Virus record (IMG/VR): IMGVR_UViG_3300038318_000173
Location: 1-47,586 of that record
Reading direction: 5' to 3' (one strand)
Length of the DNA stretch: 47,586 bases
DNA from: a virus
Taxonomy: Duplodnaviria; Caudoviricetes
The notes under the pieces are model-generated. The model was not told the origin of the DNA, searched no databases, and was given only the letters and a program-made list of their open reading frames with translations. Positions 39,333 through 47,416 of this stretch are shown piece after piece (within the stretch, counting starts at the first letter, position 1; every line of letters begins with the position of its first letter). The translations under genes were made by a program, and so were the position numbers.

Positions 39333-39643
39333 TTTATTTTATATCCACTTCTTGTTTTATATTCATAACCATCTGTAAAACCCTCATGTTCCCCACATAT
39401 TTTACACTCATCATCTAAACAAATATCATCTCCCTCATTGCAGTATTTGCAAAAAGCCTTAAAATAATATTCATCGCAACTTTCCTTTATTGGAACATTC
39501 ATTTTAGCTACAATATACCAAGGACATCTGTTTACTTTAATAGGAATACCATTTTCTAAATCTTGTTTATTTTGTCTTGTTAATCTTTCATAGCAATAAA
39601 TGGTATCTTTAGGAATCCATTTTTTCATTGCTCTCTTTTTCAT
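39329..39643 (-). CDS. Hypothetical Cys-rich protein
   Basis: IP...YCY...CPW...C..C...D.CKICG. Confidence 0.6.
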   Translation of the reverse strand: MKKRAMKKWIPKDTIYCYERLTRQNKQDLENGIPIKVNRCPWYIVAKMNVPIKESCDEYYFKAFCKYCNEGDDICLDDECKICGEHEGFTDGYEYKTRSGYKIK

Positions 39644-39655
39644 AATTTCCCCTTT

Positions 39656-39702
39656 AAAAAAAGCAATGTATAAAAGACTATTAATCTAATATACATTGCT
39701 TT
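39656..39702 (-). terminator. Intrinsic terminator-like hairpin
   Basis: AAAGCAATGTAT / ATACATTGCTTT 12-bp inverted repeat, U-tract on minus strand. Confidence 0.65.
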
Positions 39703-39716
39703 CCTCCTTTAATCCT

Positions 39717-40022
39717 TTATACTTCCGTAAATCTTTGGTTAAACTCCTGTGGGGTCATTACATAAGTCTTATCAATTACATCATTTGTGCCTATCCTTTG
39801 ATAAATATAATCACCCACATTGATTCTTACTTCGTAATTATCATTATGAACAAATGCTTCCCAAGGTGGTCTGTTAGCCGCTCCGTAGTATATCTTATTA
39901 TTTTTGACCAAATCTTCCACCCATTTAGGACAATAATATTCGCCTTTGTAATTCATAAAATCACCATCATACTGAAAAGCACGAATATAATCTGTCGTAT
40001 TGTTTTCTATATACCTACACAT
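39717..40022 (-). CDS. PGDYG-like protein, second copy
   Basis: IRAFQYDG...VGDYI...P.EF..RF. Confidence 0.55.
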   Translation of the reverse strand: MCRYIENNTTDYIRAFQYDGDFMNYKGEYYCPKWVEDLVKNNKIYYGAANRPPWEAFVHNDNYEVRINVGDYIYQRIGTNDVIDKTYVMTPQEFNQRFTEV

Positions 40023-41037
40023 TTATATCTCTCGTTTCACAAAAGTCTACAAGAATTGTATATAATGCTCCTAGCTGAGCAACTTGCTCATCTGTTGCAT
40101 CTGTAACCTTTTTATTTGCACCAAACTGAAGTTCAATTTGTTCTGTAAGATAATCGGGGTACACCTCATAAATCTTTTTAACATAAGGCTCTAATAGTGC
40201 AAAATAATCTTCTTTAGTGTATTTCTGACTAATCACCTTAAAACTTGTAAGACCAGCACCTTCTTCTTTAGCACTTAGTTCTATAGCTTTTGTAATAGCC
40301 TTGGTAAGATTTTCAGCAGTAAACTCATCAATATATGTCTGCATCATTGGATAACGACTTCTTGCAAATATATCATGTGTTTCCTTGCAAATAGCCTTTG
40401 AATATATTGTCTTGCCTGTGTCCGCATCTACACCTTGAGCATAAGTATAAATTACAAAATCGCACAAATCTCTAACAAATTTTGTTGAACCCTTCTCCTT
40501 GTTTGAACCGTATGGCATTATCTTTGGGTATTCCGCACCGCTTGCAGGGTCTTTATACTTGTCGTCTGTCATATCATGTGAGATAAATACCGTTGTAAAT
40601 CCATGTCTTGCTAAGAGATTGACTTGATTCTTGAATATTGTTCTTGAAAGTGAATACCCATTTGGATTTCCCTTTTCTGCATCCTGTACCATTGACACAT
40701 CTAATACTCCATATATCTTTGCGACTTTTTGCTCACAAAGAGATACAAGCATTTCAGTAGTATCAATGATAATAGTTTGATACATCTTCCTTGCTTCTTC
40801 ATACCTGCTTGTCAGTTGCTTAACAATCTGAGCAAAATCGTCCCAGTCATCAAGTGGAAACTTAGGTACATTTCTAGCATTGCCACCAGCCTCAGCCATA
40901 AGAAGCATTGGCTTAGGGAGTCTTGTGGATTGATAAGATTTTCCTGTGTCGTTGCCACCATAAATCATTATCTTTTGACCTTCAAGCGTACCGACCATAC
41001 CATTCTCTTGCTTTTCAAATATATTTATTTTTCCCAT
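40015..41037 (-). CDS. AAA-family ATPase (Sak4-like)
   Basis: YGGNDTGKS Walker A, TIIIDT Walker B, FISH, A.SRY. Confidence 0.8.
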   Translation of the reverse strand: MGKINIFEKQENGMVGTLEGQKIMIYGGNDTGKSYQSTRLPKPMLLMAEAGGNARNVPKFPLDDWDDFAQIVKQLTSRYEEARKMYQTIIIDTTEMLVSLCEQKVAKIYGVLDVSMVQDAEKGNPNGYSLSRTIFKNQVNLLARHGFTTVFISHDMTDDKYKDPASGAEYPKIMPYGSNKEKGSTKFVRDLCDFVIYTYAQGVDADTGKTIYSKAICKETHDIFARSRYPMMQTYIDEFTAENLTKAITKAIELSAKEEGAGLTSFKVISQKYTKEDYFALLEPYVKKIYEVYPDYLTEQIELQFGANKKVTDATDEQVAQLGALYTILVDFCETRDINV

Positions 41038-41051
41038 TATATCACCTTACC

Positions 41052-41978
41052 TTAAAACGGACAATCTTCAGGATTAGTAACTTCGGTAAACTTTGCAGAA
41101 CCCTTTAAGCCACTTGACTTTGTAGCCTTAGTTGTTGTATCATTTTCAATAGCCTCAAGTCTAACAGCTCTTTCTTCCATAGCGGACTTAATATCCTTTG
41201 GGTCTATAATAAGCGATTCTCCTGACTTGTTTACGGTGTCCTCATCGTAAATATCATCGCCGTTCACAACACACCATTCGGTTCTTGTGAATCCGTCATT
41301 CACTCTTGCATGGCGTCCTCCGAGCATACCTCCACTCTTTTGCTGTTTTCCATAAGACTTGCTCAATATTTCCATTTCAAGGACTGTTGTATCTCCAACA
41401 TGGTAAATATCTTCAAAGCTATCTTTCAAATCAGCTGGTACAAAAATCTGATGTGGAAGAGCCTCTTCCTTAAAGCTAACCCCTACAAATTCAACTTTGA
41501 GTCTACCTGTTTCTTCCTCTCTAACAATCTCAGGCATAATTTTATTAATCACACCCTCAATTTTTCCTTCAAAATATTCTTCGGCATCTTCGCTTGCCGT
41601 TCTAATATCCTTAACGCTAAAGCAATCTATGCTACTAACATTGCCTCTTTTATTTTTGTAATCATTGAATCTATTAGTTTCAATAGTAATCTCCAACTTG
41701 CTACCAATTTCAGTTTCTGCGAGAGCCGAAATACGGTCGTATGTTATATTCTTCTTATGCTTACCATTGTCCGTTAATGACTTCCAATGGTCTTGAGCGT
41801 AGATATCAAGGCTATATTCTCCACCGTTACACTCCATTACAATTCTACCTTTTGCAATAGAATAGGTTGCACCATCTTCAAAACTCTTCTGTATAATATC
41901 AATATTATTTTTCACATCTACGGAACTCTTTTCTTTAAGCGTTCCTATCATTGTAAATTCACTAAATGTTTGTCTCAT
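41052..41978 (-). CDS. Probable ssDNA-binding protein
   Basis: beta-rich, acidic tail ending EDCPF, next to ATPase. Confidence 0.65.
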   Translation of the reverse strand: MRQTFSEFTMIGTLKEKSSVDVKNNIDIIQKSFEDGATYSIAKGRIVMECNGGEYSLDIYAQDHWKSLTDNGKHKKNITYDRISALAETEIGSKLEITIETNRFNDYKNKRGNVSSIDCFSVKDIRTASEDAEEYFEGKIEGVINKIMPEIVREEETGRLKVEFVGVSFKEEALPHQIFVPADLKDSFEDIYHVGDTTVLEMEILSKSYGKQQKSGGMLGGRHARVNDGFTRTEWCVVNGDDIYDEDTVNKSGESLIIDPKDIKSAMEERAVRLEAIENDTTTKATKSSGLKGSAKFTEVTNPEDCPF

Positions 41979-41990
41979 TAAATTTTCTCC

Positions 41991-42227
41991 TTACCAACGC
42001 CAATCAAATATACTACTGTACTTTGTTTCATAGTCTTTGTTAAACTGATTTGCTAATCTCACATATGTGTCCCACGCACTATTTACCTCTCGCCATCTCG
42101 CATCCTTTTCCTCAGCAAGTTTCTTTGCCTTCGCTTCTTTCTCTTCACATTTCTTTAAATAATTTTCAGCGTCCCCCTTTTCCTCAAATCTGTGTCCATC
42201 TACTTCGTAAAAATTCTTAATTTCCAT
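41991..42227 (-). CDS. Hypothetical coiled-coil protein
   Basis: AGGAGG RBS, first gene after promoter. Confidence 0.65.
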   Translation of the reverse strand: MEIKNFYEVDGHRFEEKGDAENYLKKCEEKEAKAKKLAEEKDARWREVNSAWDTYVRLANQFNKDYETKYSSIFDWRW

Positions 42228-42252
42228 TATTATCCTCCTTAATTGTGCTTAT

Positions 42253-42281
42253 ATTATAGTCAAATGGTTATTAATTGTCAA
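42253..42281 (-). promoter_or_regulatory. Sigma-A consensus promoter
   Basis: TTGACA-17-TATAAT. Confidence 0.85.
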
Positions 42282-42510
42282 CTTTATTTGTTCTATTTGC
42301 CATTTTTTCCATCTTTTTAATATTCTTTGGTTCTAAACACTTGTCACAAAATTCTTTAATTTCTTTTGCATCATGGTCATTTGCGTATTCGGATATAAGA
42401 TTCATAGCTATTTCATAGCCACTTATCATATTCTTAATATAATTGCTTTTTAGGTCGGTTTCAATGACCGTTTTAACATTGTCGGTCATATTTTCAAAAT
42501 TATTCTTCAT
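42271..42510 (-). CDS. Hypothetical protein
   Basis: likely start MKNNFE after GGGAG. Confidence 0.55.
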   Translation of the reverse strand: MKNNFENMTDNVKTVIETDLKSNYIKNMISGYEIAMNLISEYANDHDAKEIKEFCDKCLEPKNIKKMEKMANRTNKVDN

Positions 42511-42692
42511 TAATACTCCCTTTCCCATTCATGTGTATGTTTATTGTAACGACTGTTAGCTTTGCACCTAAAATCATAACTACCTTTGCCTACTCGGAGA
42601 GGACATTTATAGCACATCACTTTACCATCTCCGTTTATATCTCTTTGACTATATTTATCACATATTTTTTGGTCTCTTTCTGTTAGTTCCAT
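42510..42692 (-). CDS. Small Cys-containing hypothetical protein
   Basis: MELT...IC.KYS...CYKCPL...CKA. Confidence 0.55.
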   Translation of the reverse strand: MELTERDQKICDKYSQRDINGDGKVMCYKCPLRVGKGSYDFRCKANSRYNKHTHEWEREY

Positions 42693-42946
42693 TATTCTTC
42701 TCCGCATCCACAATAAAAATCATTATCAAATGTTAGTTGCATAGTTTCACAATATTTCATTCCGTGAATTGCACTATCTTTTGCGTGTCGGCAATCTTTA
42801 CAACGCTTTACTTCAACCAAATCCGCATCGACCGTAGGCTGTGCGTCTATGTCATCAAGTACATATGGGAAATAGATTACATCTGTTGGTTCATACTTAT
42901 CCTTGAAATACTTCACTAATTCATCCGCATCTATGTATCTACTCAT
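42692..42946 (-). CDS. Conserved phage protein with Cys cluster
   Basis: MSRYIDAD...AQPTVDA...RCKDC...C...FYC..GE. Confidence 0.7.
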   Translation of the reverse strand: MSRYIDADELVKYFKDKYEPTDVIYFPYVLDDIDAQPTVDADLVEVKRCKDCRHAKDSAIHGMKYCETMQLTFDNDFYCGCGEE

Positions 42947-43262
42947 CTTGCACCTCGCTTTCTATACTCCAATCAATGTGTTGCCCGCAATATGGGCAAA
43001 AGTTATAATGCTCATATTCTATCTCGTATTCTTGCTTACAATTCGGGCATATCCATGTGTCATAAACGATTTCACCTTCCGAATAACCGTCTCCCAACAG
43101 TTCGGGAGATGTTGGGACTCGTGCCGCCAAAGCGTGTATCGCCGCATCTAAAGCCATTCCGAGATTGCTGTATGTTCCTTTATTTCGGTCATATCGTAAC
43201 AACGGTGTCTGCTCAATAGCATCTATTGCTTCTTTCGCTGTTATTCCGTCTTTTGTCATCAC
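42939..43262 (-). CDS. Zn-ribbon phage protein (paralog of 38385..38645)
   Basis: CPNC...FCPYCGQHIDWS. Confidence 0.7.
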   Translation of the reverse strand: MMTKDGITAKEAIDAIEQTPLLRYDRNKGTYSNLGMALDAAIHALAARVPTSPELLGDGYSEGEIVYDTWICPNCKQEYEIEYEHYNFCPYCGQHIDWSIESEVQDE

Positions 43263-43456
43263 TCTCCCTCGCTTTCGAGTTTTTTAATTATTTTAAGTAT
43301 AATCATGTGTAATTCGTATGCTTCATAATCATCTTCTTCATATGTATAATTATAATCAGGTATATGACCCCTTCTTATAAATTCAAGATGATTTGCCAAT
43401 GTCATATTATTCATTGAATCGACATATTCACTTATAGCATCATAATCATTTTTCAT
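43259..43456 (-). CDS. Hypothetical protein
   Basis: 65 aa, AGGAG RBS. Confidence 0.55.
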   Translation of the reverse strand: MKNDYDAISEYVDSMNNMTLANHLEFIRRGHIPDYNYTYEEDDYEAYELHMIILKIIKKLESEGE

Positions 43457-43466
43457 ATTTATCTCC

Positions 43467-44048
43467 TTACATTATTCTCATTGGAAGTACCATCCCAAAT
43501 TCATTGTGGTCTATATCTATTTCAGTAAGAATTGGAGATACACAATCTTTACAATAAACCGTATTAGTTTTCATGGCTTTAAGTATTGTTAAAAGTTTAT
43601 TACTGTTTACTCCAATTTTTAAATCTCTACATTCCATAATATATGGGCGTTTACTCGCTTCCGCTTTTGATATTTTATTAAACGCTTCAAGGTCGTTCAT
43701 ATCTACATCTATTTGATATGAATACTTCTCCGTGCTTGGAATTGCTTTTCCTAAATCTATAGGTTCAAGGTGTGTGTCCTCAATTTTTAGATAACCATAA
43801 TTATCATTCAGACATAACATCATATAATTATTCAATAACGCTCGCTTGCCTTTATATGGCACATAAATCATACCAAATGGAGAATCTTTAATTATCTTCT
43901 TAATAGCACTATCAAGTTTAAGACCTTTATTTTTACACCCCTGTACTCTAATATCGTCCTCAAGGTCGAGCTTGAGTTTGCTCAATTTACCAAAGTCGCT
44001 TGTAGATAGGACTTCGTTTACGGTTTTTAAGATGGTTTCAGTTTTCAT
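43467..44048 (-). CDS. Hypothetical protein with beta-clamp-like C-terminal pattern
   Basis: IGVNSNKLLTILK...SPIL...GMVLPMR. Confidence 0.5.
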   Translation of the reverse strand: MKTETILKTVNEVLSTSDFGKLSKLKLDLEDDIRVQGCKNKGLKLDSAIKKIIKDSPFGMIYVPYKGKRALLNNYMMLCLNDNYGYLKIEDTHLEPIDLGKAIPSTEKYSYQIDVDMNDLEAFNKISKAEASKRPYIMECRDLKIGVNSNKLLTILKAMKTNTVYCKDCVSPILTEIDIDHNEFGMVLPMRIM

Positions 44049-44241
44049 TTATAATATTCTCCATTGCTTTAAGCATTTTATCGTTGCCTATATTGAGCGT
44101 ATCATCACACCAAATTGTGATTGATGTGGTATCATAATCAACATGTAAATTATTTGATGCTTTAGCTATTTTCTCAGCGTATTTAATACAAATATTATTT
44201 ACGATAGGTATCGTCCAAGACTCTTTGTGATTAATTATCAT
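44038..44241 (-). CDS. Hypothetical protein
   Basis: 67 aa, coupled. Confidence 0.5.
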   Translation of the reverse strand: MIINHKESWTIPIVNNICIKYAEKIAKASNNLHVDYDTTSITIWCDDTLNIGNDKMLKAMENIINEN

Positions 44242-44413
44242 CTTTTACCTCAAAATCATTATCAATATCAAACGCATCTATAATAGATTTCTCTATTGAA
44301 TATATCAATATCTTAACCTTTTCTGTAGGAATACACTTAATAATTCCATCGCTCGTATTACATACAATTTCATTTTCGTCAATGTAATTTTTTATTTCAT
44401 CGTTAAAACTCAT
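44231..44413 (-). CDS. Hypothetical protein
   Basis: 60 aa, AAGGAG RBS. Confidence 0.5.
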   Translation of the reverse strand: MSFNDEIKNYIDENEIVCNTSDGIIKCIPTEKVKILIYSIEKSIIDAFDIDNDFEVKDDN

Positions 44414-44427
44414 TTTATTCTCCTTCT

Positions 44428-45261
44428 CTAAATTCCAAAATTCATCATTGTTTCTTTTACTCTCTGTTGGTTTACATCAATATATCTTTTAGTAGTTGTA
44501 ATATCTGAGTGTCCCGCAATCTGCTGGCATACTTCTATTGGTACTCCACTCTCATTTAAAAGCGTTAAACAAGTATGGCGGCATGAATGTGTCGAGAAAT
44601 TAAGCGATTTAATATCAATGCCAGCCTTTTTAGCGATACACTTAACTGTCTTATTAATCCCCTGTTCATTCATCTTGTTATGATAATTTGAAATAAACAA
44701 GTTATTATCATTTGAATCTTTTCTAACTTTAAGATATTCTTTAATATCCAAAATCGTTTTTGAATTTAAATAAGCGTATCTCCATTTATCACCTTTTCCT
44801 ATAATTCTAATCACTCCGTTATCAAAATTTACATCATCTAATTTAATATTAATCAATTCACTAACACGAAGTCCATTGTGGAAAAGCAAACTTAGAATTG
44901 CTTTGTCACGCTTGTTCTTCGATTTGTCATACATATCTTCGACTTGATTTTCAGTGAGCGAAAGTTTTTTCTTATTATTTACTTTAGGAGTTTTCTGCTT
45001 AACAATCCTCATATATGTATCAGCCGAAATTTCCTCCATATCAAACAGAAACCCTACAAATCCTCTAATTGATTCTATCTTCTGAAACTGTGTTGCGCTT
45101 GAATAGTTTTGCAATGTCGAAACCCACTCCATATATTTAGGAAATGTAACTTCGTTTCCGCAACATTTCACAAAACTCAATATATTTCTTTCATATGCCC
45201 TCTTGGTATTGTCGGATTTAAGTGTCCCAATATACATTTCAATTTCCTTTTTCATTTTCAA
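44428..45261 (-). CDS. Tyrosine recombinase, XerC/D-like (no arm-binding domain)
   Basis: GLRVSEL, GKGDK.R, HSCRH, QIAGH, T.RY; 277 aa. Confidence 0.92.
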   Translation of the reverse strand: MKMKKEIEMYIGTLKSDNTKRAYERNILSFVKCCGNEVTFPKYMEWVSTLQNYSSATQFQKIESIRGFVGFLFDMEEISADTYMRIVKQKTPKVNNKKKLSLTENQVEDMYDKSKNKRDKAILSLLFHNGLRVSELINIKLDDVNFDNGVIRIIGKGDKWRYAYLNSKTILDIKEYLKVRKDSNDNNLFISNYHNKMNEQGINKTVKCIAKKAGIDIKSLNFSTHSCRHTCLTLLNESGVPIEVCQQIAGHSDITTTKRYIDVNQQRVKETMMNFGI

Positions 45262-45284
45262 ATCCTCCTTTTCTGTATAGACAT

Positions 45285-45313
45285 ATTATAACATATTCAA
45301 AACCAAAAGTCAA
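45285..45313 (-). promoter_or_regulatory. Sigma-A promoter of recombinase operon
   Basis: TTGACT-17-TATAAT with TG. Confidence 0.8.
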
Positions 45314-45400
45314 TATTCAAATTCCATTTTCAAATATGATTTTCAAAATTCGTTTTCCGTTTTCAAAATCTGTTTTTCAAATTAAATTGCAATTTTCAAA
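45294..45400. repeat. Array of seven T(A/T)TTCAAA octamers
   Basis: starts at 45294, 45314, 45327, 45340, 45360, 45374, 45393. Confidence 0.8.
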
Positions 45401-45448
45401 TTCCAAATAGATTCTGAACGGTGATTTCATGCTCAGAATTAAAATTGG

Positions 45449-45492
45449 AATATTTTGTTGGAAATAGTGTATATAATTTTCAACAAAATATT
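45449..45492. repeat. 12-bp perfect inverted repeat
   Basis: AATATTTTGTTG-N20-CAACAAAATATT. Confidence 0.75.
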
Positions 45493-45526
45493 TATTACCC
45501 ACTTTATTAATCTTTAGAATCTAAAG

Positions 45527-45889
45527 CTAATCTGTAAACTGAGAAATGATGTCAGTATACATTAAACACATCATTCCAAAAATGCTATTAATATTTTTCT
45601 CGTTGTTTTCCTCATTACATATAGCAAGCGTAGTAGGACTAATGATAATTTTCACCAAGAAACCATCATTATTTTTTCCAAAATCATTTCTTGTGGCACG
45701 TATAGTTGTTTTCGATTTTGTATATTTCAAAGATTCAAACATTTGATTTATATTATCACACACGCACAAAGATTCACAATAAGTTGTAGCCAAATAGTTT
45801 ATATAAATACTATTACGAACCAAACACACACTAATAATATTATTTGCATTTAAAGCTATAAGACTATTATTAAACTTAAATTCAACCAT
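45527..45889 (-). CDS. Hypothetical protein
   Basis: 120 aa, GAGG RBS. Confidence 0.5.
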   Translation of the reverse strand: MVEFKFNNSLIALNANNIISVCLVRNSIYINYLATTYCESLCVCDNINQMFESLKYTKSKTTIRATRNDFGKNNDGFLVKIIISPTTLAICNEENNEKNINSIFGMMCLMYTDIISQFTD

Positions 45890-46070
45890 TTTAATTTTTA
45901 ACCTCGCTGTTTTTTATTTGTTTTTAATAATTTCTATTTATAATATATTTAAAAAATAAAAAATTTAAAAATTGTTTTTTTATTTTTTTTTAATACTGTG
46001 GGGCTATTCAAATTTCGCCATTACCCCCGTGGGGTATATTACGCACACCATTACCCCTATCACTTCTTAC

Positions 46071-46200
46071 TTTATTGTATACAAAAATAGAGATTGCATA
46101 CAATAAATTTTTTGCAGGTTAGATGTTTTTGTACCAGCTCCCTTTAGCTACAATCTCCTCAATCAGCAACCTTTATGCCGACCCGTTTATTCTTTTCTAT
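46071..46200 (-). ncRNA. Candidate structured small RNA
   Basis: between consensus promoter (46207-46235) and a 14-bp hairpin (46071-46107); no ORF; two predicted stem-loops. Confidence 0.4.
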
Positions 46201-46206
46201 GGTTAC

Positions 46207-46332
46207 ATTATAGCACGATTTACCATTGTTGTCAATCACTATTTGCAAATAAATTGTATGTAATTTCATATATTGTATACAGTTTATTTTTAACACCCAG
46301 TTTATTATACCAAAAAATTTTTGATTTGTCAA
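46207..46332 (-). promoter_or_regulatory. Tandem-promoter/operator module, copy 1
   Basis: promoters 46304-46332 and 46207-46235 (both TTGACA-17-TATAAT) flanking ATTGTATACAAT-like boxes at 46253 and 46272. Confidence 0.8.
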
Positions 46333-46375
46333 TAGGTTTTTGAAAAATATTTTTATTTATTTTTTTAATTTCATA

Positions 46376-46404
46376 TTGCATTTAATATATTATTGTGGTA
46401 TAAT
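46376..46404 (+). promoter_or_regulatory. Sigma-A promoter, divergent
   Basis: TTGCAT-17-TATAAT with TG. Confidence 0.7.
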
Positions 46405-46426
46405 AAAGAAAAAGGGAAATATAAAG

Positions 46427-46771
46427 ATGTTTAAAGTAATTGAAAAACTGAATAACTTTACACCAGCAAAACAAAACACGATGCACTACAACGATGATAG
46501 GCTTGCAAGGACTGCGTTGTGTAACAAACTAATAGAAGTGGAAAAGGCGAAAGTCATAGCTTGTTATGCAGTAGACAAGAATCATCCAAACGGCTACGAA
46601 GTGCACGAAGTCTACAACAATGGTGTCGTTATAATTTATAATCTCAATAGCGGAAAAAAGATAACTGAACTCATAGCAAGAGAAAATCAAATTTTACGAT
46701 ATGGACTTAAACCGTCAAAATGTATGCTAAAAAAATGTAGACAACATGAAAATAAAGGCTTCAATAATTAG
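46427..46771 (+). CDS. Hypothetical phage protein, stand-alone cassette
   Basis: start revised to ATG 46427 after promoter and AAAGGGA; own terminator. Confidence 0.7.
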   Translation: MFKVIEKLNNFTPAKQNTMHYNDDRLARTALCNKLIEVEKAKVIACYAVDKNHPNGYEVHEVYNNGVVIIYNLNSGKKITELIARENQILRYGLKPSKCMLKKCRQHENKGFNN

Positions 46772-46791
46772 AGCTTCGGCTCTTTTTTTTT
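46770..46791 (+). terminator. Intrinsic terminator
   Basis: AGAGC-TTCG-GCTCT followed by T-run. Confidence 0.85.
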
Positions 46792-46818
46792 GTCCTGTTT
46801 TGCCCACCATACTTATAT

Positions 46819-46910
46819 GCTCTTATTTTAGCTTTTAAGCGATTTTATTTTGCTTATGGTATAAGTTATCGACAAAAGGCATAAAGTCGCTTAAAAATCA
46901 ATTATAGGGC
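46819..46910. repeat. Long imperfect palindrome
   Basis: TTTTAAGCGATTTTAT (46833-46848) / ATAAAGTCGCTTAAAA (46881-46896) with outer and inner extensions. Confidence 0.7.
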
Positions 46911-46934
46911 GATATTTCCGCAAAATAGAGTATT

Positions 46935-46964
46935 AAAAAACACCTATATAACATAGGTGTTTTT
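46935..46964. terminator. Bidirectional terminator
   Basis: AAAAAACACCTAT-ataac-ATAGGTGTTTTT. Confidence 0.8.
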
Positions 46965-46976
46965 CTGTTTTGCAAT

Positions 46977-47135
46977 TTATTTATCAAGCTGTTTAACTTC
47001 TATCACTTCACCATTTTTCATTTCATGCCGAAAAAGGCATCCGCTATATTCAATAATCCTTATTCTCGTATTAGTATCATTTGTAATGTCGCTTAGATAT
47101 TCGCCATATTTCAACAATCTTTCACTAAAATTCAT
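46977..47135 (-). CDS. Hypothetical 52-aa protein (not in ORF track)
   Basis: MNFSERLLKYGEYL...VKQLDK; GGGAG RBS, promoter upstream, terminator downstream. Confidence 0.7.
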   Translation of the reverse strand: MNFSERLLKYGEYLSDITNDTNTRIRIIEYSGCLFRHEMKNGEVIEVKQLDK

Positions 47136-47171
47136 AATATTCTCCCGTTTAATATTTTTTAACTTGCTTAT

Positions 47172-47297
47172 ATATTATCATAAATTTTAATGGCTGTCAA
47201 CTCTTTTAGCGAAATAAATTGTATACTTTATTCTAAATTGTATACAATTTATTTTTGATACCCAGTTTATTATATCATAAAAATTATAATTTGTCAA
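47172..47297 (-). promoter_or_regulatory. Tandem-promoter/operator module, copy 2
   Basis: promoters 47269-47297 (TTGACA-17-TATAAT) and 47172-47200 (TTGACA-17-TAATAT); boxes at 47218 and 47237; colinear with copy 1 at offset 965. Confidence 0.8.
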
Positions 47298-47416
47298 TAA
47301 GCAAAATAAAAAAAATAGAAAAGATTTTGTTTCAAATCCTCCCTATTTTTTTAGTGGTATATTATATTCATCCTGTTATAAAATCCGCTTGAATCGCAAA
47401 TTTTAGCCTTGTAGGA

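Noticed and set aside
45990-46200. tRNA or hammerhead ribozyme
   Set aside because: No cloverleaf or T-loop; CUGAUUGAG differs from the hammerhead core and no matching GAAA strand is placed correctly
46340-46426. N-terminal extension of ORF 46340..46771
   Set aside because: Overlaps the gene's own promoter; ATG 46427 has the RBS
46957-47190. Plus-strand 77-aa ORF
   Set aside because: Shadow of the minus-strand 52-aa gene that has promoter, RBS and terminator
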